Below, one piece after another: positions 23,889 to 35,580 of a DNA stretch of 64,000 nucleotides. Position numbers and translations under genes: made by a program. Below the pieces are notes generated by a model, which was not told the origin of the DNA, did no database searches, and was given only the letters and a program-made list of their open reading frames with translations. Source of the DNA: Octopus bimaculoides (Eukaryota); contig NC_068981.1 in assembly GCF_001194135.2 (NCBI RefSeq), forward strand, positions 91,225,722 through 91,289,721, given 5' to 3'. Position 1 is the first letter of the stretch. Each line of letters opens with the position of its first letter.

Positions 23889-24480
23889 TGTATTTGCCAC
23901 TTAAATGTGGCTAACCGCTAAGGGTGGATGCTACTGTAGCTTGTAGCCCCAGGAGGGCACCTCCTCCAACTGGCTATTGACACACTTTCTGTGCCCTATC
24001 AGTATTTGCAACGGGAAGCCATCCTTCCCATCTTCGACCTGACGTGACAAATATAAAAGTGGCAAATATAATTCACGTTGTCGTGCAGCTACTGTTTATA
24101 TCTCGTTCAGAGATTTATTATTGCTTGTTTACACTTTCGAGATCAGTGACTTTTCGTCACTAGAAAAAGGATATATGTATTTGCATTGGGACCCCTTCGC
24201 ATCGAAGACCGTTAATTGTCGTGCGCCGATGACGGTAACTACCTAGAAACCCGGGTTCGTGCGTATCACGTCAGGTCGAAGATGGGAAGTATGGCTTCCC
24301 TTAGCAAATACTATTACGGCACAGAAAGTGTGTCAATAGCCAGCTGGAGAAGGTGTCCTCCTGGGGCTACAAGCTACAGTAGCATCCACCCTTAGCGGTT
24401 AGCCACATTTAAGTGGCAAATATACTTCACGTTGTCGTGCAACTACTGTTTATACCTCGTTCAGAGATTTATTATTGCTA
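23889..24480. mobile_element. Penelope-type terminal structure with inverted plus direct repeats
   Basis: 23889-24048 is the reverse complement of ~24264-24423; ~24056-24123 is directly repeated at ~24412-24479; hammerhead-like motif between them. Confidence 0.7.
24220..24263 (+). ncRNA. Decayed minimal hammerhead motif
   Basis: cgtgcg-CCGATGA-cggtaactaccta-GAAA-CCCGGG-TT-cgtgcg; the conserved U4 position is C. Confidence 0.4.
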
Positions 24481-24990
24481 ATATATATATATGAAAGAAG
24501 GTTTGAAAATGCAATTTTAAAGATGTTTATTCACTTGACCGGTTTCACATTTTTAGAAAAAGATTGTCAAAAGTAAAATGTAAAGTTTTGTATAAGCTTT
24601 GTTGTGTTAAGTACTGGTTGTCACAAAAGTATCAAAATGCATATATACATTCCTTGATAATAATAAGAAAATGTTAAGAACCGATTAAGTATTAAAATAC
24701 ATATATAAAAATACAATGCAAACCTCCGACGCAAACACACACACATACATATAAACACACACACATACATATAAACACACACACATACGTATAAACGCAC
24801 ACAATCATAATATCTCCACACTAGAGCACAAACCCACACACATTTGAAGAAAAAACATACATATATACACTTACAATGCGATTCTAGCAACCATAACCAA
24901 CACTCACACACACACATGCACACATACGTAAACACGTACATGCACAGACTTATACACCACCCCGACAGTTACAAATCACATTCAGTTCTC
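24481..24990. mobile_element. Rearranged partial copy of the 17890-20550 Penelope-like element
   Basis: 24481-24700 matches 17890-18200 in the same orientation; 24710-24990 matches RC of ~19975-20205. Confidence 0.75.
24533..24574 (-). ncRNA. Candidate minimal hammerhead, U3-A8 core variant
   Basis: RC actt-TTGACAA-tctttttctaaaaatgt-GAAA-CCGG-TC-aagt. Confidence 0.4.
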
Positions 24991-25089
24991 GTGGTGTGTT
25001 AAGGAAGATATTGTTCTCTTCTTTCCTTAACAACCCCTTTACATTTTTTTAAGTCGTCAGTAGTTAAATGAATTAACTGCCTGGTTTGT

Positions 25090-25550
25090 TTCGCTGCCGA
25101 GACAAAACCGTTTCTGCTTGCTTTGTGGTTGTTGTTATTGTTTGACTTTTCTTTTTCGTTTGTGCTGTCTGTGTTCATGTCGGTGTTGGCGGTATTTTCC
25201 TGACTTTTTTCTTCTTTTTTCCATGTTAATGGTGGTTCTGGTGCTATTAGTAGTGATGGTACTCTTATTTGTGCTGTTCAGAGGCGGGGAAATCTTCGCT
25301 GTACTGGCCGTCAGAACAGCCACTGCCGCTCCGCTCGACAGAGGAAGTCATCTTGTTTTTCGGCGAACGAAAAGAACAAAATGTCCAAAATTCGCCCCTA
25401 CAATGGGGAGGTTTTGACAAAAGAACCCCTTCTGCACACCAAAAGGGGTCCAGAAAACAAAAACAGTCAAACAAAACAATAAAAATGTTTCAAAAAGCCA
25501 CAGCAAAAATCCCAATTTACGGAGCGCTCAAAACGCGTCTTTCCTCGCTT
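25090..25550 (-). mobile_element. Possible 5' end of an L1/Tx1-like LINE
   Basis: GC-richer leader, then MTSSVERSGSGCSDGQYSEDF(fs)PPLNSTNK..basic tract; no diagnostic domain. Confidence 0.25.
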
Positions 25551-26049
25551 CCAACAACAACAACAATAATAATAATGTATTCTATATATGTATGTGTGAT
25601 ATGTATTGGTACAAATATTGCTATGATACAAATTTCTTGCGTGATTTATTCACTTACAAGAATTATAAATTATATATTTTACCTTGCTCTAGGTTAGTTA
25701 TATGGAAGCAATATGATTGCTTGACTCCACTAAAATACATTACTCTGAATATTAGAAACCTAACACAACGTTGAAAACTAAATTAAATTTGACATGTTAT
25801 TTACATCAACATGATAACCGTGAAAAGAAACTAGTGAAATATATTCTCTTGATATCGAATGCTCAGAGAAAGTTCAAAATAATAGATAAAAAATTAATTG
25901 AATATCATACACAGACACACATTACAAACAGGCACACACATGTGATAATGAGAGAAGGGTGTTGGATGAATAGAAAAAGGTGGGCTCAAGGAATTACTTT
26001 AAATATACCAATATTGTATGCGAGGCAGTTCTAAGTACATGCGTTTTGT

Positions 26050-26266
26050 AAATATGATTTTAAACTTTGGTGAAAGGGCAACAATTTTGAGGTGTAGGGA
26101 TAAGTCAATTACATCAAGCCCCAGTGTTCAACTGGCCTGGCACTTATTCTACCGACCTCCAAAAGATGAAATGTCAAGTTGAACTTAAAACGTAAATCCA
26201 GAAGAAATGCTGCTAAGCATTTAGTCCGATGTACTAACGGTCCTAACGGTTCTGACAGCTCGCTCA
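26050..26266 (-). mobile_element. SINE family B
   Basis: agtcaattacatcaagccccagtgttcaactgg...gaaatgctgctaagcattt...gacagctcgc. Confidence 0.75.
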
Positions 26267-28114
26267 CTGCCTTATATAAGTGCTGTAATCATGATACTTG
26301 TTAAAGTAGCTACAATAAATGTGAATAAAAGCAAGGTAACATGCTGCGAACAAGTTTGGTGTATGTCTCAAAACCCGATGAATCTAGTCATAACATTAGC
26401 TACTTTAATGAGGAAAGACTTTGATTTTCCATTCTCATATTTCTGTGAACCGTTTGGTGAGTTTGGAGTAACGCCTTTCTCTGCTGTTTCTGAACAATAC
26501 CAAATTAGTAAATGCCATGGAATGTTTCATTTTAGAATTTTATATTTTATTTGATAGTTCATATTCGTCTCCTTCAGCCACCTAATATAATTCAGACAGC
26601 GTAGTTTTCTCTTAATTCTTTGCTTGTAGTAAGCAGTGAAATCTCCTTCTCACCCTTTAAACGTACTTGCTATACGTTAAATACAATGTTTAAGGTTGAC
26701 TGATCTGTTTGATTTAGTAGCTATAACTTTATATTCATATGCAGCAATGTTACAAGACTGCATAATTCACTGATTTGGAACGTGCTTTCTGTTTCGATGG
26801 TTTTGATATTTTGTGTGTTACGATATTATTCGCACGGGAAGAGGCTTCTAAAAATTTTCCTGTAACATACATTCGTAAATGATGCATTGATGTTTAGAAA
26901 CATGGCTGGATGCAAACATGTAGTTTTAATATGTCAGTTAATTATTGCATTTTGCACAATATGGTGTTCATGTGTCGAAGTTAAGGGTAACATCTTAGAG
27001 GTTTCTAAATTTTCGATTAACTCGGATTTTGAAAGGCGTTTACTGGTTCGTGTCTATATTTATCTAGCACAAGCTAATTAGAAAGCGGTTTTACGGTTGA
27101 GCAAATATCTTATATAATCTGATTTTGCAGTTGGGAAATTTATTCTTTTATGTGTTCAATATCTCGAGGCAGCAATACTGACTATTTCTGTACTACCTTA
27201 AAAAGCTTTGCTGGCCTCAAATGTACAAATTTCCTTAGACTTTCATTCCAAGTCAAGATTCTATCAATGAGTTGTGACTTCCTATCATGAATAATTATTT
27301 CAATGTATATGTCATAATACCTCGAGAATGAGTTACTAGTATTTACAAATCGATGCTACAGTATAATGTAAATCTAATATCATATTTGTTATTTATGTTA
27401 TTAAACCATCATACGGAAGCGTCGATGTGGTTTAGTTGTAGTATATATCTTTTTCTCTTGTCCTTGTGAACTTTACCTAATCATAATTAAAAAAAACCAC
27501 TTGCAGCAAACGCCATCTTATTGTTTCCATCATTAAATCCATCATTTAATTTCCCTCCTCTCTAAATTCATCGTCCTTTGGTGACTTCAACAATTAATAC
27601 TATTTTGTATTCTCATGTCTATCACAGACAATAGAGTAACCTTGACTTTCAAAGATATTGTCCCGCAACAATCATTATTTCCTTACTTAAACCTTCGCTG
27701 ATCTATAGACAGACCTTCCGAAGAAACTTAATCACTTTCTCACCTCGATATTCAGATCCTGCCTGAGTATTCCCATATCTGAATTTAACAGGTCTGTTTA
27801 CAGCAGCCTTATCATCATCAACCCTAGACATGCACATAATACACCATAGTACAAGTTTTCCTGCTATTTCCCTCTTCAACGTATATCAAGTCAGATGAAT
27901 GGTCGGAGATCCGTCAGTTTTATACTAGATACCCCTGGCTGCACATGGGTTTCAACATTGTCTCACCAGAATAAAAAAGGCTAGGCATGGGATGGGAACT
28001 ATCCTTGTGAGTGTGTTGATGAATTTATTCTTTTATATGTTCTCAGCCGAAGTACGTCAAAAACTCAGTCCTAAATCTGTAACTGATTCTTTCATAACTA
28101 CGCACAGAATCTTT

Positions 28115-28320
28115 GGCATCTTTAGCATGCCGGACAAATTGTTCCGACACATTTTGTTCGTTTAAAACGTTCTGAGTTCAAATTCCGCCGAAGTTAACTT
28201 TGTCTTTCGAGTTAGATAAAATAAGTACCAGTTAAACATTGGGGGCGGGGCGGAATGTAAATCAACTTACCTTTATCCCGAATTTCCTGGCCCTGTGGCA
28301 AAATTTGGAACCAAATTAAA
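28115..28320 (+). mobile_element. SINE family B
   Basis: acgttctgagttcaaattccgccgaagttaactttg...ataaaataagtaccagtt. Confidence 0.8.
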
Positions 28321-29239
28321 TATTACATTGAAACGAAATAAGTATAATTGAATAGCTTCAAAATAGATTTACCATCTTTTGTCTTGATTTTCAAATTTAG
28401 TTTTGAAAAAGTATTCATGAAAAAGATATATGTCTTGCAGTTCAGTGAGTTCCTCAAATGTTTGGATACAAATACAACAAAATATAAATACAATTACAAG
28501 AAATATAAAAATTCTTCTGCTAATAAAAATAATAAAATCACACATTTCAATGACGAAAATAAATTTGGATTAACTAAATTAGTTTATCGGAAATGATGCT
28601 TTCTAATTTTAGAAGAAATCGCAGAGAACTTCACAAGTGCCTTTATGAATTATTCCCGATAACGTTCTAAGAGATTAAATAGTTGAAATGCTTTGATACT
28701 AAAAAACCCCAGACATTTGTAGATCAAATATGAAGAAGCCATGAAGAAGAATAACATCTAAAATACAATTATTGTGATACAATTTATATCATAATCTCAG
28801 ATAAATTCGATTAGGAATGTGTAAGTAAACCAATAATAATAATAATAATGATAATAATAATGACGTTGCTTTCAATAATTTATATGATGACGAGAAGAGA
28901 GCCTAGCACCAGCCTTGTCAGCGGTGAGCTACTGAAGAAACAGAAATACAATTTCAAACGCAGCTGTCGAACCGAAATCTTGTTTCAAAATAGTTTCAGC
29001 AACTTGAAAATCAACGATTTTCTGCGAGAATTAATATTTTTCTTATTATTCGAATACGCAGACAATTCTTAAAACTACTCTGGTTATTTATGTTAAACAT
29101 CGTTCTAAATATATTCAAAATCTGTAACTCTGTGATAATATAATTTCTCCCAGTTTTTCGAAGACGCAAACGTTTCTCTTTTATATCCAAGAAAATTTGA
29201 AAGAGCTCCAAATCTCAAAGATCAGAACACTCTCCAGAA

Positions 29240-29490
29240 CTGATAACAAATGCAGAAGATAAGCAGTTGACATATTTACGAACTATACAACTACGAAAAC
29301 TATATAACACAGTCGATGCTTTAACAAAGGAAGAAAATGAACAGTCGAAACATTTACAAGCTACACAACGACGAATAGTGTAAGGTATCACAGATACTTT
29401 AACAAATATAGAAAACGAAAAGTTAATATATTTATAAGCTAAAGAATTACGAAAGCTATGAAGCGCAGCAGTTCCCTTAGCAAACAACAC
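29240..29490 (+). repeat. Degenerate 78-bp tandem repeat (3+ units) with a 26-codon coding-like pattern
   Basis: Units start at 29240, 29318, 29396 and 29474; unit 1 vs unit 3 are 51/78 identical. Confidence 0.75.
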
Positions 29491-30072
29491 TGCTAAACCC
29501 CTCCGCTATGAGAATTCATATCGGTGTAAAAGCTCATTAAATATGAAAAACCACGCTGTATATATTTATTTTTCTATCGGTAATTTAAACAGGATAGAAT
29601 GATCGCTTTTTCTCAAAAGCTCCGGTCACTCCTGTTCGTGAAAGTTATTGTTGTTCCTGCTGTTGCCGATAGTGCTGAGCAGTGTCACTAATACTAGCTC
29701 TCTTTTGTTCCGTTTTCCTATAAACTACCAATGAATCTCTTTATAGATTCTTGAAGTTTCACTGTATGTCTATCAGTCTGGTTTTCGTTCTTTCTTCTTC
29801 GCTCATTATTTATGACTACTTGAAACACAATGTATAGGAATTGTACCTTCTTAGTATTTAATATCGGCATAGAATATCTTGCTAATACTATACAACTACG
29901 AAAACTATATAACACAGTTTAATTACCGATAGAAAAATAAACATTATAAAGCGTGTTTTTTCATATTTAATGAGGTTTTACAACGATATGAATTCTCATA
30001 GCGGAGGGGTTTAGCAGTGTTGTTTGCTAAGGGAACTGCCGCGCTTCATAGGTTTCGTAATTGTTTAGCTTA
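29435..30072. repeat. 156-bp inverted repeat pair (arms 29435-29590 and 29917-30072)
   Basis: Arms roughly 90% or more identical, e.g. gttcccttagcaaacaacactgctaaacccctccgctatgagaattcatatc and its reverse complement. Confidence 0.95.
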
Positions 30073-30654
30073 AAACTATAAACTATAAATAGGCTCACGG
30101 ATCTTTGTGGTTTTCGTCACTGTTTACAATTTTATTCCAATTGTTTTCAAATTTGGTATATGAATTAAGTTTTGTATACTAATTATGAAAATGAAATTCA
30201 TTTTCCTTATAAATCCATAATTAAAAAGTTATCAGCCTTTAAAATTTGCAGAATGCAGGTATTTTAACCACCAATCAGAAGCGAATATTTTACATATCAC
30301 CGTGGCGAAAAACTCTGTCTCCATAGTAACCAAAGATGCTGCGCATGTGCACAAGGAGGAGGAAATACGAGAAAGATTATCTTCTACTATATTAATTCTC
30401 TTGTGTTTTTCTTCGTCACAACATATTAATGAGAAAGGAAGGGGTGAAAGATGAATAAGGCTGGAAGGAGTGGCAAACTGGTGGAATGGTGAGCATTCGA
30501 CGCTGAAACGAAACATTAAACAGCGTTTCAACTCTGTGTGAGTATATGTGTGTATGTGTGCGTGCACAAAGGAAGTATGTGAACGTATGTGAACATTGAC
30601 AAGTGTATTGATTTGATTTACCATGCATATTATTTATATAAAATACTGCAATTA

Positions 30655-30686
30655 GCCGTCATTTTTGATGGCACGGGGTCAGCTAG
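30655..30686 (+). mobile_element. Helitron-like 3' terminus
   Basis: Hairpin gccgtca-tttt-tgatggc followed 10 nt later by CTAG then T; 5' end not found. Confidence 0.4.
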
Positions 30687-31959
30687 TTTATTTTATAAAA
30701 TCCTAGGGTGCATTGCAAACTTTTGTTCTTGAATTTTTTAAACTAATAAATGTCTGTTTTAAACAATGTTTTGACTGTTATTTCTAGCAACTCCTGTTGG
30801 TTTATTTGTTCGTAGTTTTTAAATATTTAATTTGCTCACAAATGATTTAATGTTAATTTCTTTCGTCTTTGTTTTAATATTCTGACTGTTATTTTTGGCA
30901 TTGTTTTGACATGCCGATGTCCCTTCCCAGTGATGATGGAAGAGGCAGCGAACGCGCTGATTTCTGATTGGCTGAAAATGATCAAATTTGAACACCTGTA
31001 ACATTTTTGCTATTTTTTTTCTGGAATAAATGAATAACAAATTCCGATTCAGCGTCAAAAATTACATCTATATGATACATTAGAAATTTTTTTTTATAGA
31101 TAATTGTGCACAGAAAATCACAAACTTCCAAGATCATTATAAAACCCCACCATTGGAGAAAGTACAATACATAAGTATATCGTAAATAACTAATTAGGAA
31201 AATGAATATCGGACCAACCGATAGTCGGAGAGAAAAAAAAAAAAGGATTGAATCTCCTAGAGTGAAACCGATCTACGGTTGAAAAGTCTGATGATGGCTT
31301 GATCGATTTCCAAAATGCATGCATGAAAGGTCCCATGAAAAGGTTAACTCAAAATAACACCGTGTAACATGATTTCTGTCTTTGGGTAGCAATTGTTATT
31401 TCCTATTTGCTTACCCTTTGGAAGTATGAACAATGGCTAATATTTCCTTCAGACTTTGCTTTTGTTACATTTATTTAACACTTCGCCGAAATCTCTCTCA
31501 AAACATAACTATGATGTTACGCCACTGCTCCTGCTCATGATCAAAGATGCACATATTGTCAGCCATTAAGGGACATGCTCAAGTAGCTAGGGTGAAGCAA
31601 CTAACAAGCAAATTTGTAGTATTGAGCAGAATATTTGCTATAACAATATTTCTGCTTCAGCAACTCAGTGCTGAATCTGTCTTAAAAGTAATAGAAAATA
31701 GGCCAGTTTCAAAACCTTGACGTCCCTAGTCTGAAAGGAATACAGGTTGTTTACTTTGCTTTCTAGATAGAAGCAAGTGTGAAATGACACTTAGTGTCCA
31801 AAGAGAAAACAAGAATTAAACTTTTATTACACAGCGTAATGGCGTTCATGCACACTAATTTCATCTGGTATAGCTAAAGTAGAATAAGACATAATTGGTA
31901 TACTCATTTCCGATATTGAAATATTCAAGAATATCAACAAAAAAAAATATATATATATA

Positions 31960-32032
<73 letters not shown>
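31960..32032. repeat. (AAT)n microsatellite
   Basis: Directly visible. Confidence 0.95.
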
Positions 32033-32035
<3 letters not shown>

Positions 32036-32339
32036 TGTGTTAAGATATCAAAAGCTATGAATCTGAAAGGATAATAGGACGTATAAAGAATAAACGAAAT
32101 CGATGAAGTACTTTCGAAAGTCATGCGAATTATCCAAGCCATAGAAGCACTGATAAGAAGACTCGAAAATGTTTCAACTCTTTTAAGGATAATGACGTGT
32201 TCCGGAACAAACTTATAAGTTATAATAGGGAAATTGTACAAGTTAATATAGTTATCTACACCACACCCAATGAGTGGAGAGTAAAAGATTTTGGATATCA
32301 AACTGGTTGCATTCTAAAGAACACGATCGTGGTACTGGA

Positions 32340-33350
32340 TTCATAAAGTCAGAGACTAAATATATTAAAGTGTAAATACAGAATGATATCTCAGTTGAAA
32401 ATCTCAGGACTGCCCTGAAAAAATCCAGCAAGCTGAAGTCACTTGACAAGGAAAAAATACCTAACTTTTGGCTGAATGGTTTCCCTGATTCTCGTGGAAG
32501 ACTGAACCACCTCTACAATAACATTATACATGGCTCCAGGAAAATCCTCCCTGGATAGTAAATGGGGTATCTTACGTACTCCCCCAACATGACAAAACTA
32601 ATAACACCTAAAACTACTGACTACTTACATGTCTTACAACTATTTATAAAATACTAACATTTATCATTCAATAAGAATATACATATACTTTCCTAATGAA
32701 TATCAAGATATTCCCCACTGAACAAAAAGGGTGTAAGCGTAACTCATATGGTTATAAATACCAGCTTTTAATCAATAAAACGGTCCTTGAGAATTGCTGT
32801 AAACGACACAAAAAGTGTTCTATTGGACGCATTAATTACTTTAAAAAAAAAGTGTTTGACAGTCTTCATGGTAGCTGTATTGAGAAATATTCCGAAATAT
32901 ATAGAATCTCTCCAGTTATTGGGAAATTTCTGTCGAATTGTATAAAACAATGGAATACAGCTGTTATATTGAAATCAGAGACCGGTACTATGAACGCTGG
33001 TAACAAAGACATTTAACTGCAACATTTTCAAGGTGACTCTTTATCGGCCCTATTCTTTTCGCGGCGCTCATTCCCTTAGATAAGCTGTTGAATGACACAA
33101 AACATGGGTATAGACTATACGATCAACAAACCAATCATTTCTTTTACATTTATGAACTAAAGCTTAAGCAAGATAATCAATAACTGGAATGGCTTTTAAC
33201 TATAGTAAAACCGTCCAGTCACGATTCAGGAATGGAGTATGGCCTTGATGAATTGCTAAAGCCATATTCTTCAACGTAAAACTCCCGAAAACGAGCAATA
33301 GGCAAGCCTATTGTCATAAGGAATAAGATCCCGAAAAAATTATAAATAAT
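32340..33350 (+). mobile_element. R4/Dong-clade LINE RT pseudogene
   Basis: KIPNFWL, EQKGCKRNSYGYKYQLLINKTVLENC, KKVFDSL, FQGDSLS.LF, NHFFY..ELKL. Confidence 0.75.
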
Positions 33351-33423
33351 TATGTCTGCATAAAGTGGGAGATAGACAATTTCCACATGTGCGAAAAACT
33401 ACGGAAACGACGTTATCATATAG

Positions 33424-33810
33424 GTTGTTGTTGGCACTCCGTCGCTTACGACGACGAAGGTTCCAGTTGATCCGATTAACGGAACAGCCTGCTCGTGAAA
33501 TTAACGTGCAAGTGGCTGAGCACTCCACAGACACGTGTACCCTTAACGTAGTTCTCGGGGATATTCAGCGTGACACAGTGTGACAAGGCTGACCCTTTCA
33601 ATTACAGGCACAACAGAAACAGGAAGTAAGAGTGAGAGAAAGTTGTGGTGGAAGAGTACAGCCGGGATCGCCACCAATCTCTGCCGGAGCCTCGTGGAGC
33701 TTTAGGTGTTTTTCGCTCAATAAATACTCACAACGCCCGGTCTAGGAATCGAAACCGCGATCCTATGACAACGAGTCCGCTGCCCTAACCATTGGGCCAT
33801 TGCGCCTCCA
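33424..33810 (-). mobile_element. tRNA-derived SINE family C, full length
   Basis: RC head tggaggcgcaatggcccaatggttagggcagcggactcg..ggtttcgattcctagaccgggcg (A-box and B-box like) and (caa)n tail. Confidence 0.85.
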
Positions 33811-33811
33811 C

Positions 33812-33930
33812 ATCATAGAGGTAGAGCCATCTTAAAAGAGCGAACTTAGTGCGAGCAACAGGATTGACGCAACCAATCCTTTAACTATACTTGTTATGGC
33901 CTACAGCTTTATGAAGCAATGATACCATTC
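33812..33930 (+). mobile_element. Continuation of R4/Dong LINE after the SINE
   Basis: Frameshifted remnant resembling ILKSELSASNRIDA.N.L.I.V..YSF. Confidence 0.5.
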
Positions 33931-35297
33931 TCAATTTCGGGTTTAGGTGTTTTAAACGTATTTAGAGTAGGGCGTCGTTCAAATGCCTCCTTTACTCTTT
34001 GTAATTTGAATAAATCATATGTGGTTTTCTCAGTGTTCTTTGAAAAGTGCTCCTCATGACCTGACGGTTTCATAGCTTCATTTCACAATATATTTTCACA
34101 AATAAGACACATCGGTCGCCGATGGTCGGAAAGTGAAGCAATAAATCCATATTGCAAGTTGTCTGCATGATATTGCCGAAATTTGTTGGATTAACAGTAA
34201 TAACCTAACCATTCCTGTCATAATCCCGCTTGCTCATAATGGTAAAATTAACTGAAAAAGAAAATCTTAATAAGCAATGTTGAAACAAAATACCGGTATG
34301 TCTTATAAAATTTTAAAAGTTTGGTTCTTCGTCATGCATTGTAGTGCATAATATGTCAGGTTTATAAATGTGACAGTCTCCTACAACTCGATAACCCTAC
34401 ATCAATGTCTGGATAAGGGTGTTTCATTAAAAAAATATAAAAATGTAACCCTCAAACTCCTTTTTGTATGCCACCAAGTACGCTGGCGTTGCCTTTCACA
34501 AAAAGCAAAACGCTTCGATATTTTTCGGTTAGCTCCCCTACTTTATAAATAAAACTAATGATCACAATGTTCATGAGGTATTATAGGCTTATGTTAAAAA
34601 ATGAAAATAGCTGGCTCGAACTGGAAAAGTGGATGTTAGGCATCCTACTTATGATAAACGTATTGGAAGTAATATATTGGAAGTAATACCGTACTGTCTA
34701 TGTCATTAACGTCGCCACAAACGTCGCTGACTAAAACCAAATTTGAGCATATAAATTTTAGAATATTCATTTTGGTTTTCTAGAGTTTAGAGCCGTGGAA
34801 TTTATGCTATCACATAACTTGTAAATTTATGTTATGAATCAAATTTTGAGGAAACGAGACTCATCCGGTTCGTTGCACAAAGCAATAAGGCAGGAAGTTC
34901 AAATAGTAAGACTGAGAAATCTCGTTTTCGGCACGGAGTGCGCATGCGCCACTCGCAGGCTTACGGGTTTACATGTATTCCGGCCGCAAAAATTATGTTT
35001 TCATCTTACTCAGCACATGTGACTTCGTTTCATGATGTAAGCAAACATGTTCTCTAAATGGCTGCCGTTCACCATACTCTAATTGTTTGATCAAGGTTTA
35101 TTTCGATACAGCATGCTGTATACACCGATCAATTTGATTGGCTCGTCTTGCACAGTTGGGAAATTTACAAGATACTGAAAATAGAGGCTGAGTTTCATCG
35201 CCCCACTAAAGGCTCTCAACGACCCCCGGTAAGATGATTTTGTTCACCGTCATCTTCATATCTTGTACCGCCCCATTGGAGGGGCGGTCCGGATCCC

Positions 35298-35311
35298 GTT
35301 GGGAAACAGTG
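35298..35311 (-). mobile_element. Possible hAT-like terminus
   Basis: RC cactgtttcccaac resembles CAGTGTTTCCCAA-type hAT TIRs; abuts the Dong fragment. Confidence 0.25.
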
Positions 35312-35580
35312 GTCTATACATTCCAAGAAAGGATGGAGGACGTCGTCTGACGCAGCAACTAAAAAGATCAACCATAGGGTTAGACGCCTGTCTAAAGAAC
35401 ACCAACGATTGGATGCTTGAACTTGTTTGCAATTATAAAAGTACAAAAAACATGTACTCAGCATCAGAAGAGGAGAGGTATATAGAGAATTTGAGGATCA
35501 AGGAAATTAAGTCGCAACTAGATGAAATAGAAGAACCCACTCAGATAGAAAAACGTAAAAGTACCGTGTAAATCAAATGG
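35312..35580 (+). mobile_element. R4/Dong LINE fragment (post-RT)
   Basis: LYIPRKDGGRRLTQ..TIGLDACLKNTNDWMLELV..KNMYS. Confidence 0.65.

Noticed and set aside
26291-26554. 87-aa ORF and an antisense hydrophobic frame
   Set aside because: No homology recognised; the antisense frame has an internal stop and no canonical donor.
31262-31310. gaaaccgatc..ctgatga as a type II hammerhead
   Set aside because: Stems I-III cannot be paired convincingly.
33740-33810. tRNA gene-like sequence
   Set aside because: It is the tRNA-derived head of a SINE that continues into a SINE body, and the acceptor stem is not complete.
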